Shown here piece after piece: positions 1 to 11,903 of a stretch of 64,000 nt of DNA; the stretch's first letter is position 1, and each line of letters starts with the position of its first letter. The notes beneath the pieces are model-generated. The model had not been told where the DNA came from. It saw nothing but the letters and a program-made list of their open reading frames with translations, and did no database searches. A program made the translations under genes and the position numbers. The stretch covers positions 865,878 through 929,877 of the forward strand of contig NW_003314277.1 in NCBI RefSeq assembly GCF_000143415.4, in the 5' to 3' direction. Origin of the DNA: Selaginella moellendorffii. Lineage: Eukaryota > Plantae > Lycopodiophyta.

Positions 1-1200
1 AGGATTAGCTAATAAGTATCTTTTAACACCTGAAGTTATATTTGCAACAATAGATAAATAAACTAAGTGGTAAAAACATTCTTTAAATTCTATAGATATG
101 CCCAATTGAAATATCTAACACCTAGATCAACCTATAACATAGTAAAAACTATTATATAGTAATATTAACACAATATCAAAATACTAGGAAGTGCAAGTTA
201 ATTTATAAGTTTCTCTAACTAAAGTATATTTTACTGTTTTACTAATAGCACTTAAAAATTAATGAGTTTCTCTAAATAGATGAAGTATACTTTATTAATA
301 GCACGTAAAAATTTAGTCCATGATTGATTAGTTTCTTAATTAATTTGGGTAGAGACTAATAAAGGAACTAATAGTACTAACCTCCTAGAATTTGCCAACA
401 ACTATTTTTAATATCCAAAGTCACATTCATGACAATTGTAAAAGTTGTCTATAATGTGATATCAATAAAACAAGAAAGAGGATTTTCATGGTGCTACGGT
501 AGAATTTAACTCCAAGCCATGAAAAACTCAACAAAGAAACTTTCTTTAAAAGAAAAATTCTGAACAAAAGAAAACATCTATGCTTAATGCTTCTCTCCAA
601 CACTTACTAATGGAGACTCTGAAAAAAGGACGGAAAAAAAAAATATATTGCCTCTAAGATTGAGCTTGAAAATTGATTAAATTCTCCATTATCATCTTTG
701 CAGCTAGCACTTAAAGATGCCTTTATTCTTTTCATTCTTTTCTGATATGAAGAGTTTTTATATATTTTTTGATGATCTAGCCACTTTGTCTCTATTGTTG
801 CTAAACCCATGACCACAACTAGTGCTTACAATCATCTTGTTATTATTACTGTTGCAAGAAGAGCAAAAACAAGCCAAGTTTCTATGAAGCCACTGGGTAC
901 TACTACACAATGTTAAGTATCATCTTCAAGACAAATCTACAAAGAGATTCCTTACATCTTAGTTTTTCTAAAGAAAACCAAACATTAAATTATTTAAAGA
1001 TGAGAGTGATACTATAGAAGGCTGGCCTTCAGAATGATTATAGGCGTGTTTGAAGGGGCTGATTGGAGAAAAGATTCGAATGCAAGGATGATTGATGCAA
1101 ATGATTCTTTCTAGGAGATCATTAATAGATCTACCAACTTCTAATATCAATTCTTAAATACGTGATTTGCCTAAACCTTATATTGTAATATTCCATGTAA
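1..1200 (-). mobile_element. Highly decayed LTR-retrotransposon remnant (gag/protease-like), boundaries uncertain
   Basis: Very AT-rich and full of stops. Minus-strand traces of a zinc knuckle (FYNCHEC, about 420-445) and a protease-like VDxG (about 110-135). Confidence 0.35.
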
Positions 1201-1246
1201 GAATCATCAATTATTCATGTGAGCATGAAATATTCTTATATATATA

Positions 1247-1552
1247 TCAGTTGCAAGGGCCTCCAAGGTCAACCTTGATAGCACAGAGCTGATTGAGATG
1301 GAAGACCACGTCCAGCTCCACAGGCAACCCAGTAGTGGCAGGATTGCCCATGGCACACAGGCAATTGTTTAGCACGGTAGTGAGCGTGGAGCAGCAGTCA
1401 CTCTGGGAGGCCCCCATGATGCAGCTGGCCGCGGGCAAAACATTGCAAGTCCGGCCTTGAGCTGAGACTGATGCTGGCCCAAATGTTACAACCATAAGAA
1501 CAACATACAATGTCACAACAGCAAAAGCCATCCATGGAAACTTTAGACCCAT
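1247..1552 (-). CDS. Secreted 8-cysteine-motif (LTP-like) protein, intronless
   Basis: Hydrophobic signal peptide followed by C-C-CC-CxC-C-C. Confidence 0.8.
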   Translation of the reverse strand: MGLKFPWMAFAVVTLYVVLMVVTFGPASVSAQGRTCNVLPAASCIMGASQSDCCSTLTTVLNNCLCAMGNPATTGLPVELDVVFHLNQLCAIKVDLGGPCN

Positions 1553-1780
1553 TTCAAATCCAAAGGGAGATTGATTGTAAATCTATGGGAGCTATGGATC
1601 TTGGAAGACCAGCATTGCCTTTTTATACCTTGGGTTGGAGGAGGCATGAATAATGAAAGGTTTTGCATGGTGTTGTAGTTGTTGTCTTGACATACACTTG
1701 GGCTTGTGATTGCTTCCAAGCAAACCACATCTGAGGAATCGAAAAAGTAAAGAGAGGGAAAGAAGGGCACGAAAGGAATC

Positions 1781-1853
1781 CGCGCCAGGCAGGGATCGAA
1801 CCTGCGACTTTCTGCTTAGGAAACAGACGCTCTATCCGCTGAGCTACAGGCGC
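1781..1853 (-). tRNA. tRNA-Arg(CCT)
   Basis: Reverse complement is GCGCCTGTAGCTCAGCGGATAGAGCGTCTGTTTCCTAAGCAGAAAGTCGCAGGTTCGATCCCTGCCTGGCGCG. It folds as a cloverleaf with loop TTCCTAA, and a T-run follows downstream. Confidence 0.95.
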
Positions 1854-2073
1854 CTTTGATGATGAGTTTCACTGTGTGGTGGAGTCTCCATGCGACTTAC
1901 AAAAATAATGAGACACGAATTTTACTCGAAGAGGGCGGGCGTTTTGCAGCTATGTTTGATTCTTTGGCACCAACAAAATCATCACTTGAATCTTTGCGAC
2001 TATAAATTTCATAACCGGATGACAAAGAGCAGATTTTTCCCTTCTCGTTTTTCACAATTAAATTCTTGAAGCC

Positions 2074-2373
2074 ATGAAATTTGCCATTCAAATTCTCGTC
2101 GTCTTGATCATCTTGTCTCGCTGTCAGGCACGAAAAGGTGTGGAAACGCTCGAGTTTCACGCCGGTGGCGATGGAGTTTGCAACTTGGTGAAGATGGCAA
2201 CTTGCCTTAGCCTCCAGCAACCATTCGTGTCCCAGGAATGCTGCGATTTCTTCCAGCTCGGGATCTTCCATGGCTGCCTTTGCCCGGTTCTGGGAGACTT
2301 GGACCTCGCTGATCTCAAGTTCAAGCTCCTCAACTGCAAGATCAATCTCAACCTGGGAACTGGATGCAACTAA
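2074..2373 (+). CDS. Secreted 8-cysteine-motif (LTP-like) protein, intronless
   Basis: Signal peptide plus 8CM. The C-terminus resembles that of the 1247-1552 protein (both end ...GxCN). Confidence 0.8.
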   Translation: MKFAIQILVVLIILSRCQARKGVETLEFHAGGDGVCNLVKMATCLSLQQPFVSQECCDFFQLGIFHGCLCPVLGDLDLADLKFKLLNCKINLNLGTGCN

Positions 2374-2503
2374 AACTTGAGAATTCATATGCCAAAGTAT
2401 GACAGAATCTAATAGTGTATAATGTAACAATAGTATAGCAACCGCTAGGGAAAAGAAAATCACATTCCTCCTAGCTACAAACTCACAAAAGAACTGGAAA
2501 GCT

Positions 2504-3310
2504 TCACAAGAAGTTCATGGATCCCGCCAGGAGCAAGCTCGTCACGGTCAGGAGCAGCGACGAGGACAAGGAGACGAACGGGGTGGCGGAGTTCGCAGCC
2601 GTGTCGCTTGCGGCGGCCTTGCCTGGTAGAGCAATAAATGGTGTTAAAGCTATGGCCACTCTAAAATCAAAGAACAAACAAAAGCTTTTTTTTTGTTACC
2701 TCCGGACGCGGTGGATGGGGATGAGGATGATCCAGTTGGTGCCGCAGCATCCCCCTTGAGCAGAGCTACCAAAAATGAAGATCCAAGCAATTAATTATCG
2801 GACAAGGAGAAGTGAATGCTAGAAGGACGAAGAAAAAATCCAAACAGTCCAAATAGAGCAAAGGACTCTGAAGTATAGAACAAAGGACTCTTCAAGTATA
2901 GAACAAAGGACTCTTAAGTGGAAAGAAGAATGGTGTTACCAGCGAAGTCACAAGTAAAAAAAACTAGGCCAAAGTTTAAACCGAAATGAGAGAAAAAGAA
3001 ATGCTCGATTCATACCTGGGCACCGCTTTGGATCCGTGTCGACCTTGCAAATCGATGGGAGGAGCGTCGCGGTGCTGCTATTCACGCTGGTGGAGGAGGA
3101 CATGAGAATGCACAGGCACACTGGCCTGTTGGTGTGCACGGAGAGGAGCCCTTTGCAGCAATCGGAGCTGGGAGCGGTGACTTGGCCCTCCACATACGCC
3201 AGGCACGGCTGGAGCTGCCCGATCTCATTCGTGCAATCCGGCTGCGCGGCAAGGATCGCCACGGCCCCCCAAGAAACCGCGAACGCGAGGAGCAAGAGAG
3301 AGGATGCCAT
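2504..3310 (-). CDS. GPI-anchored non-specific lipid transfer protein (LTPG type), 3 exons (3310-3016, 2765-2700, 2622-2504)
   Basis: Signal peptide, 8CM (C..LQPCL.YV...PS.DCC...CLC), Ser/Ala linker and hydrophobic tail (SLLLTVTSLLLAGSMNFL*). Introns are GT-AG. Confidence 0.9.
2853..2919. repeat. Three copies of a ~22-23 bp tandem repeat (ATAGAACAAAGGACTCT..AAGT) in LTPG intron 1
   Basis: Directly visible in the sequence. Confidence 0.85.
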
Positions 3311-3678
3311 AGGTGTGACCGTGATATCGAGCGCTGGATCGACCGATGGAGGCAAGAAATATCGCTAGCGCGAGCGCTCGATCGAGGAGAAGGAAGCAAT
3401 GGAACAGGGGAGCGCGAGCGATCGATCAAGATCGGCTGGGAGGGAGGAGCAGGGAGAATGCCGGTTATATACCTAGAAAGCGTCCCATCGATCGCGAGCG
3501 CGTTCTCTCGAGAGTGACGAGCACCAATTCCTCCATTAATTGCTCTTTCTTAGGGCATGAAGCGCTGACACGTGGCGTCACACGATTCGACCAATGGAAG
3601 CACTGATCTTTCAAATGCTTGGCCAGCTGGCTCGCTCGCGCCATTTTCTGGAATTAGGGCAAACGCTTTTATTAGGGC

Positions 3679-4285
3679 TCATGCGAGGAAGAAGAAGAGC
3701 ACAGAAAAAGGAGTAGAGAACGCAAAAACAAAGAATGCCTTGGAGCTCGATTCGCCGACGCTGGAGGAGGATCCCATAAACCCTGCGAGGAATTCAAGAA
3801 CGAGATTCAGTTCGTGCTTCTGGGAATTCGATCCATGTACCTTCTGCCGACGCTCCGGAATTGGGCGAAGAAGCGGTGCCAGATGATCCAGAGAGCAGAG
3901 CTATATCACCGGATGATCGAAATGAGCAAAGATTTCCCCGCGACCAAACAAAAGACTCACCAGAGCAGCGCGATGGATTGACGTGAACATTGCAAATCCC
4001 GGGAACTTGCTGAGCGAGTGTGGCATTGATTCCAGGCACCACCGCGGCGATTCCCAGGCTGGAGGAGACGAGCAAGCACAGGCACTCGGGCTTGGTGGCG
4101 TGGATTTGCTGGAGACCGCTGCAGCAATCCGCCGAGGGCGATCGCTCCTCGCCCTTGACAAATTCCAGGCAGGGCTCCAGCTCCGACACCTGCGCTGTGC
4201 AATCCGGGGGCGATCGATCATCGCCTGCGAGCACAGCTGCTGGAAACAGCATCGCCAGCGCCAGCGCAATCGCCCACGAAGCCAT
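3679..4285 (-). CDS. GPI-anchored nsLTP (LTPG type), 3 exons (4285-3961, 3900-3841, 3782-3679)
   Basis: Signal peptide, 8CM and hydrophobic tail (AFFVFAFSTPFSVLFFFLA*). Exon structure matches the neighbouring LTPG. Confidence 0.9.
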
Positions 4286-4442
4286 CTCTCTCTCTCTCTC
4301 TCTCTCTCGCTCTCTCCGCCGCCTAGCGAGATCTTTCTTACTATTCCTATGTCATTCAACATAGCATTGTCTTTTATAGCTAAACAAATCCCCTGTACAA
4401 AAACAAAGGAACTTTCATCCTTAAAAATTTTAGCTATAGCTC

Positions 4443-5698
4443 TTAATTTTCTCCATCGTGGAGGCTCCGATCGAAATGATACACAGCTGCATCAAAAGGA
4501 AACGTTTAGCAAACAGAAAAACCAATTTTTTTTGGTTCTTACCGTGGCCTTTGCCGATACGTCTCAACTGGCTCACATACACTGAGATTTTTTTGATCGA
4601 TTCCACCTTTATCGAGCACAAAAGCACGTTAAAGAGGTGAAAATCGCAGAAAAGATTAAGTAATTTAGTACCTGCTCTCCCAGAAACTCCGACTCAATGA
4701 AGTCTTGCATCTGTACGTCGTCGTGATCTACTGCGACCTGCGTTGTCTCGATTCGTCAAACAAAAGCGATAAACAATGAAAATTTTTGGAGCACTCAAAC
4801 CTTGTGTAGTGCCAGCAGCTTGTCGTTTGTCAGCTTCTCCAGAGCTAGAGCCAATTCCATCGCTGCCAAAACAAAACAAACGAGAATGAGAAAATCTAAT
4901 CACGAGAACAAAAAAAGAAGAGAGAATTGCTTGCAAACATACCGTAAAGGGCGTCACCCTTCTCTGCGTGATCAAATTCTGTTATGCTGGGGCCGAGAAT
5001 CGAGTGAAGCACAACCTTTCCACCGCGGAGGTTCTAAACGCAAAAAAGAAAAGAAAAAGAAAACCAACGAGAGTGAGCTTGGATTGAAGAACACCTCCCA
5101 CAAACTTTAAGAAAAAAAGAAGATCACCTGATACTTCATGAACTTTTCGGCGTGTCCTCGTTCCTCCTCGCTTGCCTCCTTGAAATACCTGAGGAAAAAG
5201 ATCACTTGATCTGGGAAAAACTAGATCTCTCCACCTCTTACCTGGCCATGCCGGGGAGCCCAACGTTGTCTCGATCGAAATAGCCAAACATCGCGTGGTA
5301 GACATAAGAAACGTTGTACTCCACACTGTGAGAAACGCAAAGAGCTAAGATCCCAAAATATTTTCGAGAGAAAGAAAGAGAGCTTACTTGATCTGGTCAT
5401 TGATAGCAGCCTCGCACCTTGGAGCAAATCTCTGCCTCGCGAATGAGACCGAGCTCGTCTCTGGGACTTGCGTGAGCTGGTGCTTCACCTCCGCGAAGGG
5501 CTCAAACACCACACCTGTGAGAGATCCGCTGTCCATCTCCTTCGGCGGCGCTCCCTTGGAGGCCTGGAGCTTGATCGAGCGCCTATTGCCGCTTGACATT
5601 CCGGCGAAGAGCCTGTTCCTCGCATTCTCTGGAGCTGCCGCTGGCGCCGGATTGACGAGCGCGGCGGATGTGGCGGGGGAGACACGAACTGATAGCAT
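4443..5698 (-). CDS. FER: Plastid ferritin, 8 exons
   Basis: Transit peptide, extension peptide ([11 protein letters not shown]), [51 protein letters not shown]. Confidence 0.97.
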
Positions 5699-6129
5699 TT
5701 TCTCTCGAGATCGATCTACACGCGCTACTCTGGCAACGAGGGATAAGCGCTACAAGGATAAGCCCCAAAGCTTTTCTTCGTCCGGAGTTTTAGAGCAGCA
5801 GTGCCCGTCAGATGGCTTCCGGAATGTATCAACGGTCGAGATTGTAAAACGTTTGGCGGAATGTGGGCGCGACACAATGGCGAGGCGATGGAGCGTCCAG
5901 ATTTGAACGCTTGGAAAGGCGGCCTTGTGCTTGGCACGAGCCTCCAGCCAATCACAGCCAGACGTGCTGCGGCACGTGTCTTTAAGCGGAAATAGAAGAT
6001 TTTTTTCAAGAAAGTGACGGCCTGTATGCACGACACGTGTCAAGCTGATCATTGTTGAAATTGAATATGCAACTTAATCGCCACCGCTCATTTGACTTGC
6101 CTATTCCCGCTTAATCGCCAGGGTATCTC

Positions 6130-6955
6130 TAGGGTTTCTTCCTTGGAACACGCGGCTTGATCGCGTTGTTTGGATCAAGGTATTCCTTGGAACACGGGGC
6201 TAGATCGCATTGCCTGGACCAAGGTATGTTGCCGGCGCATAAACAGTGCTAGATTTTGTGCGATGCAGCTGGATCGTGCTCATTGCTGCTCCATTCCATG
6301 TATGATCTGAAATCTAAGTGACTTTTTTGTTTGTTCTTCTGGTAGGCCCTTGGTGTTTCGAGCTCAAGAATCTTCCTGTGACAAGTGTGTTCTACAGTCA
6401 ATCTACACTCTTTGTCTTCAATATTTTAATGATTTTTGTTCTACAGGTAATGGATTACTGGATAGAGTCACAGAAAATGGTGGAATATCAAGGATAACTC
6501 GGATCCATCTCAAAAGAATCACCAGAAACATGCCGATAAGCATAGAAAAAAAAAGCGTTTGACTAAAGCTCGAGGGGCTTTCAGCTTCGTGGTGAGTTCG
6601 TTTCTTTGTTCCTTTATAATGTTAGTAACTGACTTTTTCCCGGACATCTTGCGCAGATCTTGTGAGTGGAGACAGAGGGAGTAAGCTGTGGTCGGATTGA
6701 AATGAGTAATTCATGCTTTTTCTTTGCGTTGCAATTCTAATGGCAATAGTGCAGGACAGGTGCGATATGCTGAACTGCGTAAGCTGCTCCATTTTTTTGC
6801 AAGTTTATGGAATGAGCGCTTTTAGTTGCCATTGTGGATCAGGTAAACTTCATCTTATCGCTTTTAATGATTTTTTGAAACAGGCTTTGGCCAGTCGAAG
6901 ATGATGACGAAGAGTTGACGATCGAAAGCACAAATCACGAAGAGGAAAAATAATA
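6130..6955 (+). other. Possible small spliced gene or degenerate gene fragment, divergent from ferritin
   Basis: Telo-box, a series of GT/AG splice-like signals, a basic exon-like stretch (KHRKKKRLTKAR) and an acidic terminal stretch (VEDDDEELTIESTNHEEEK*). No clean ORF could be assembled. Confidence 0.3.
6139..6226. repeat. Two copies of a 44 bp tandem unit, each with self-complementary ends (CCTTGG...CAAGG)
   Basis: TTCCTTGGAACACGCGGCTTGATCGCGTTGTTTGGATCAAGGTA followed by TTCCTTGGAACACGGGGCTAGATCGCATTGCCTGGACCAAGGTA. Confidence 0.8.
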
Positions 6956-7370
6956 CTCCAAGCTCGGATGGGCCCTTCGTTCCAGAAAAGTGCTACTGTC
7001 GAAGCACCACCAACGAGTCTCCATAAGAAAAGTCACTCGAAACCAAACCAAGAGCCGCTTTTGTCACATCAATTGGCTGGAGAAAGGACGCAGAGTTAAA
7101 ATAACAAGATAGAGGACAAAACGAGATAGACCACGCTTGAGGGGGGGATCTGATAGCTAGCTCGTCCTCGGAGAAGCAGCGCCTCAACGCAGACTTACCA
7201 ACAAAAGAGGACCCCTTTTTCTAGTTGTGAAGTCACTTACGGAAGATTCCATCCACATTTCGTCCTCAACTAAGACGTGGAACAGTGGCACCTGAGTTCC
7301 GGGTAAGAAGATCTGCATTTCCTTGAGATCTTACTCTGGTTCTTATGCGCGAGTAGCTTCTGCTTTCCAG

Positions 7371-8671
7371 ATGATTCAGCTCCTCAACTCTGTCATTCCA
7401 ATCCTGGTTTTCTTCACGACCCCGGCTCTTGGAGCTTGCACTGCCAGCATCCTCCTCAATGGCAACACCAGAACGTACGCTTCGTGCTCCTCCCTCAACT
7501 CTTGGTCGCAGCTCTCCTGGACTTTCGATCCGTCGGCAAGAACAATGGACACCATGTTTCGAGCTCTCTTGACATCTTCTTCGGGTTGGGTCGGCTGGGG
7601 GATTAACTCGGGCTCCACAGCGGCGATGCTCGGATCCAACGTCCTCCTCGGCTTCACAGACTCGAGCAACGTTATCCGAGTTGCGCAGTACAGCCTCACT
7701 CCCCAGATCCTCCGAGGTACGCTTCCTTCGCCAGCTTCTTCCACGGAGCTGAGACTAGTCGGTTCTAGCTTCATTGATATTTCCAGCGGAGTTGTCACCA
7801 TTTTTGCCAAGCTCTCGCTGCCGACCAACCAGTCAATTTCCAGGATCAACCTCGTTTTTTGTCGAGGACCCGGGACCAGGAACTTGAGCCCGTTGCCTCA
7901 CACAACGGACGCATCGTTTCTCCGACAGACTACCGCTGTTCTCGACTTGAGCAGCAATCGAATTCTCCGTGCTCAAGCTCCTCACCAGTCTTTAAAACTC
8001 GTAAGTTTTTTTTTTCTTTTTTGTTTTTTGGACAGAACTTGAGCTTTCTTATCGTGTGTTACAGCAACATGGAATAATAAATGCTGTTGGCTGGGGGATT
8101 TTTCTACCGCTCGGGGTCATGGTGGCTAGATATGTCAGGCCTTACTCCCACCGCCGAGAATGGTTCTTCGGTCACGTCGGTTTACAGTGCACGGGTTATC
8201 TTCTCGGTGTGGTTGGCTGGGGAATCGGACTTAAGCTCGCCAGCTACAGTGGAGAATCGGCTGCTTCTCAGATCCACCAAAACGTCGGTACCGCCATCTT
8301 CGTCTTTGCAACACTTCAGGTATCAAAGATGAAGCCTTTGGTTCAGCTTAACACGGAGGTTCTTGTTTCTCCTTCAGGTGCTTTCGCTTGTTTTCAGACC
8401 AGAGAAAGAGCACAAGATCCGTCCCTACTGGAAGATCTACCATCACGGCCTCGGCTACCTCACTCTCGTTCTCATCTTCACCAACATTTACAAGGGTTTT
8501 AAGCTGCTCCAGGGGTCCAGGACTTTGAAGAACCTCTACACGGCGTTCTTGGTTATAGCAGTGCTAGCCACCGCAGGTCTGGAGGCCTATCGCTGGTATG
8601 TTTACTTGGAGAAGAAGAGCAAGCGACCCGCGTATGCCTCCGAGTCCCCTACCTCTGATAGTAAGATCTAG
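7371..8671 (+). CDS. Cytochrome b561 and DOMON domain protein (CYBDOM), 3 exons
   Basis: Signal peptide; DOMON (GWVGWGIN..AMLGS, PLPH); b561 histidines (HGIINAVGWG, WFFGHVGLQ, HQNVG, YHHGLGY). Confidence 0.93.
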
Positions 8672-8965
8672 AAAACCTTGTATCTCACCTTTTAATATTT
8701 TTTGAATGGTAATGGATATTCTCTTATAGGAATATCCTCCTTGTCTATAAATTATAAACTTTATTACGGCTTTTTAAACTATTTGCGCGTCGCATTCTTA
8801 ACAGATGTATGCGTGCAGCTTTAATACATTACGGAGTTTGTCAATTTCCACCTTGCAGTACACACACATGTTGTTTGTTTTCTAATGGTGATGAGTCCAA
8901 TTTAAATTCAGACACTCCTTCCCTTGTTATCAGATTCATCCCTTCGATTCATCCTTTGCGCAACA

Positions 8966-10051
8966 ATGCTTCCAGTGAAGATTGTCTCCTTTCTTTGCTT
9001 GGTTTTCCTCGCAGGTTGATAGTCACAAAAGGATATGTAGAGTTCTACACTGAGGCTTTTCTTCGTGTTTTTCTCGTGTTTTTCTCTTTCGGCAGATGCT
9101 ACCAGTGGTCTAAAACACCAGTCGCCAATTGCTTTGAGCTTCCGGGGGTCAGTTGGTACTCCAGGAGTGGTGGACACGACATACAGATCCTCCTCTGCAA
9201 TCTTTGAAAATGGCGGGGACAAAGATCATAGAGAACTTACTGTTTGTAGCTAGAATTATTGTCATTTTATTCTTACATCTTTCAAAACTAGGTGGGATTT
9301 CTTGGAGATGCCGGGCAGTTTAATCTTCTCCGGAAAATATACCACATCGAAAATGTTCACTTTCATATGCCAAGCGAGCACACCATCGATGGCATAAGGT
9401 TTCTGGAGTCTCCTCGTAGATTATTAATTGTTTACTATGATCCTTTGCAGATATCCGATGGAGATTCATGTGGTTCACAAGAATTCCGAAGGGAACATTG
9501 CAGTAATTGGATTGCTCTATGATATTGGACCAAGAGCAAATCCATTTATCACCCAGGTAGATTTATTCTTGTTCTTGCTTGTTGTGAAACTTAAATTTAT
9601 TTTTACCTTCAGCTGGAACACTATCTTTCCGGGTTAGCATCCTCCCCCGAAGAAAGCAATGCTGTGTTTATAAGAACTATCAACCCCGAACTGCTCCAAA
9701 TCCCTTCGGACATGTTCTTCCGATACAATGGCTCGCTTACAACTCCTCCATATTCCGAGAATGTCGTGTGGAATGTTTATTCCCAGGTGAGAGTCCTGCT
9801 ACCTGCCTTCTATGCTCATAGCTTTTGTTTTTCTTTGGTTTCCACAGCCGAGCAGTCTCACAACAAACCAGTATTCGGCAGTCAAAGCTGCTTTGAAGGT
9901 ATCTTTATTCACTAATCAAATAAATAATCAGGAATTATTTGCTTTTTCTATCCAGGGAGAAAATGCAAGGGCTCTTCAGCCACTGAATAACAGGCTTGTT
10001 CAATTGGTTCAGCTGGTTAGGAGTGACTTTCATGAAAGAAGTTCCTTCTAA
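8966..10051 (+). CDS. Secreted alpha-carbonic anhydrase, N-terminally reduced (copy 1, apparently intact, 7 exons)
   Basis: Signal peptide MLPVKIVSFLCLVFLA, then QSPI, HFHMPSEHTIDG, MEIHVVH, YNGSLTTPP, NARALQPLNNR. Confidence 0.88.
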
Positions 10052-10108
10052 AGCTTTGATCAAACATAATAAAATGTCTCACTAATAAAAATAAAAAAAA
10101 GTAGTAGT

Positions 10109-10202
10109 AGTAATAATAATAATAATAATAATTATTATTATTATTATTGAGTATAAATTATCAAAAATAAACTTATTAGAGTATAAGGTTTAGGGTTTAG
10201 GG
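10109..10202. repeat. (TAA)n/(TTA)n palindromic microsatellite followed by two TTTAGGG at the duplication junction
   Basis: Seen directly: about 10109-10148 and 10189-10202. Confidence 0.8.
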
Positions 10203-10480
10203 TGCATCTCCTATTTTATAAATATAAACTTGTTTACGAACTTTGAACTTATAAAATGCGCTTTTTATAATATTAATGTGATGTTTTTTGCACACGCATT
10301 CTTATGTACGTATGCATGCAGCTTTTTCTACATCATGTAGTTTGTCAACTTCTACCACACCATGTAGTACCAAAACTCACATGTTGTTTGTTTTTCTCAT
10401 AGTCATGAGTCCAGTTCAAATCCAGACACTCCTTTTCCTTGTTATCCAATTCATCCCTTCGATTCATCCTTTGCACACCA

Positions 10481-11400
10481 ATGCTGATTGTGTCCTTTCT
10501 TTGCTTGGTTTCTCGCAGGTTAATAGCCACAGAAGGATATGTAGAGTTCCATTGAGGCTCTTTTCTTTGTGTTTTTCTCTTTTGGCAGATGCCACCAGTG
10601 GTTTAAAACAAGTCGCCAGTTGCTTTGAGCTCCCCGGCTACTCCAGGAGTTGTGGACAAAACCTCATCTGCGATCGTTGAACGTCGCGTGGTTAAAGATC
10701 TTAGAGAACTCACTGTTTGTAGCTAGAACTCTTGTCCCTGTTATTCTTAAACATCTTTCAAAACTGGGTGGGACTTCTTGGAGATGCCGGGCAGTTTAAT
10801 CTTCTATGGATAATATATCACGTCAACATCCCAAGCGAGCACACCATCGATGGCAGAAGGTTTCTGGAGTCTCCTCATAGATTATTATTGTTTACTACTA
10901 TCCTTTGCAGATATTCTATGGAGATTCACGTGGTTCACAAGAATTCCAAAGGAAGTAATTCCGAGGGCAGATCCGTTTATTACCCAGGTAGATTTAATCT
11001 TGTTATTGTTTTTTCTTTTAACTTAAAATGTTTTCATCTGGAATGTTATCTTCCACGTTTGGCAGAAGATGACAACACTATATTTATAAGAACTATCAAT
11101 CCCGAACTGCTTGAAATCCTTGTGGAACCCCTCCATATTCCAAGAATTTCTCATGGAATGTTTGTGCCCAGGTGAGAGTCTTTGAGCCTTCCATGCAGCT
11201 CAAAGCTCTAAAATTCTGGTTTCCACAGCCAGTATTTGGTGCTCAAAGCTTCTTTGAAGGTATCTTTATAAACTAATGGATTTAATAATCAAGATTTTTT
11301 TTTCTTTTTCTATCCAGGGAGAAAATGCAAGGCCTCTTCAGCCACTGAATAGCAGGCTTGTTCAATTGGTTCAGACAATCGTGAACGAAGTTCCTTCTAA
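10481..11400 (+). pseudogene. Alpha-carbonic anhydrase pseudogene (copy 2)
   Basis: Colinear with copy 1 but with deletions removing the HFH zinc ligands and the RYNGSLTT motif, plus frameshifts. Confidence 0.85.
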
Positions 11401-11496
11401 AGCTTTGATTAGTCAGATATCTTAATATAATAATATTTATTAGAAAATAATCAAACATTTAATCTTATTAGAGTTTAAGGTTTAGAGTTTTTGGCC

Positions 11497-11846
11497 ATGG
11501 CGGGCAGCGTGCGGATTAGCATCAACGAGCGGGAGTTCGTGGAATCGGCGCTGCGGCAGGAGCTGCGCGTCGATGGCCGGGCTCCGCCAGGTAAGAGGAG
11601 AAATTTCTCTCGATTCGCTCGAAATCTTTCTCTCGGCAGGGAAGATGGAGCTGTGGAAGTCCAGCAAGGGGAGACGAGGGTGCTGGCCGTGGTGAGCGCT
11701 CAGCTGGGGACGCCATACCCGGATCGTCCAAACGAGGGGTCCCTGGTCATTAACACGGAATTTTCGCCAATGGCTGATCCTTCCTTTGAGCCTTGGGGAA
11801 TTAGCAGTAGAGCTGGGACGTGTTATCAATCGTGGCTTAAGGTATG

Positions 11847-11884
<38 letters not shown>

Positions 11885-11903
11885 TTTCGTGTAGAACAAT
11901 CGA
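11497..11903 (+). pseudogene. RRP45 5' fragment (exons 1-2 and start of intron 2)
   Basis: Near-identical to 14938-15378, with deletions of about 31 nt and 8 nt. Homology stops abruptly inside intron 2. Confidence 0.9.

Noticed and set aside
7323-7370. Alternative-start N-terminal extensions from the ORF track (for example 7323, 17060, 53207)
   Set aside because: Downstream in-frame ATGs give normal N-termini for these genes. Only GAPN truly lacks one.
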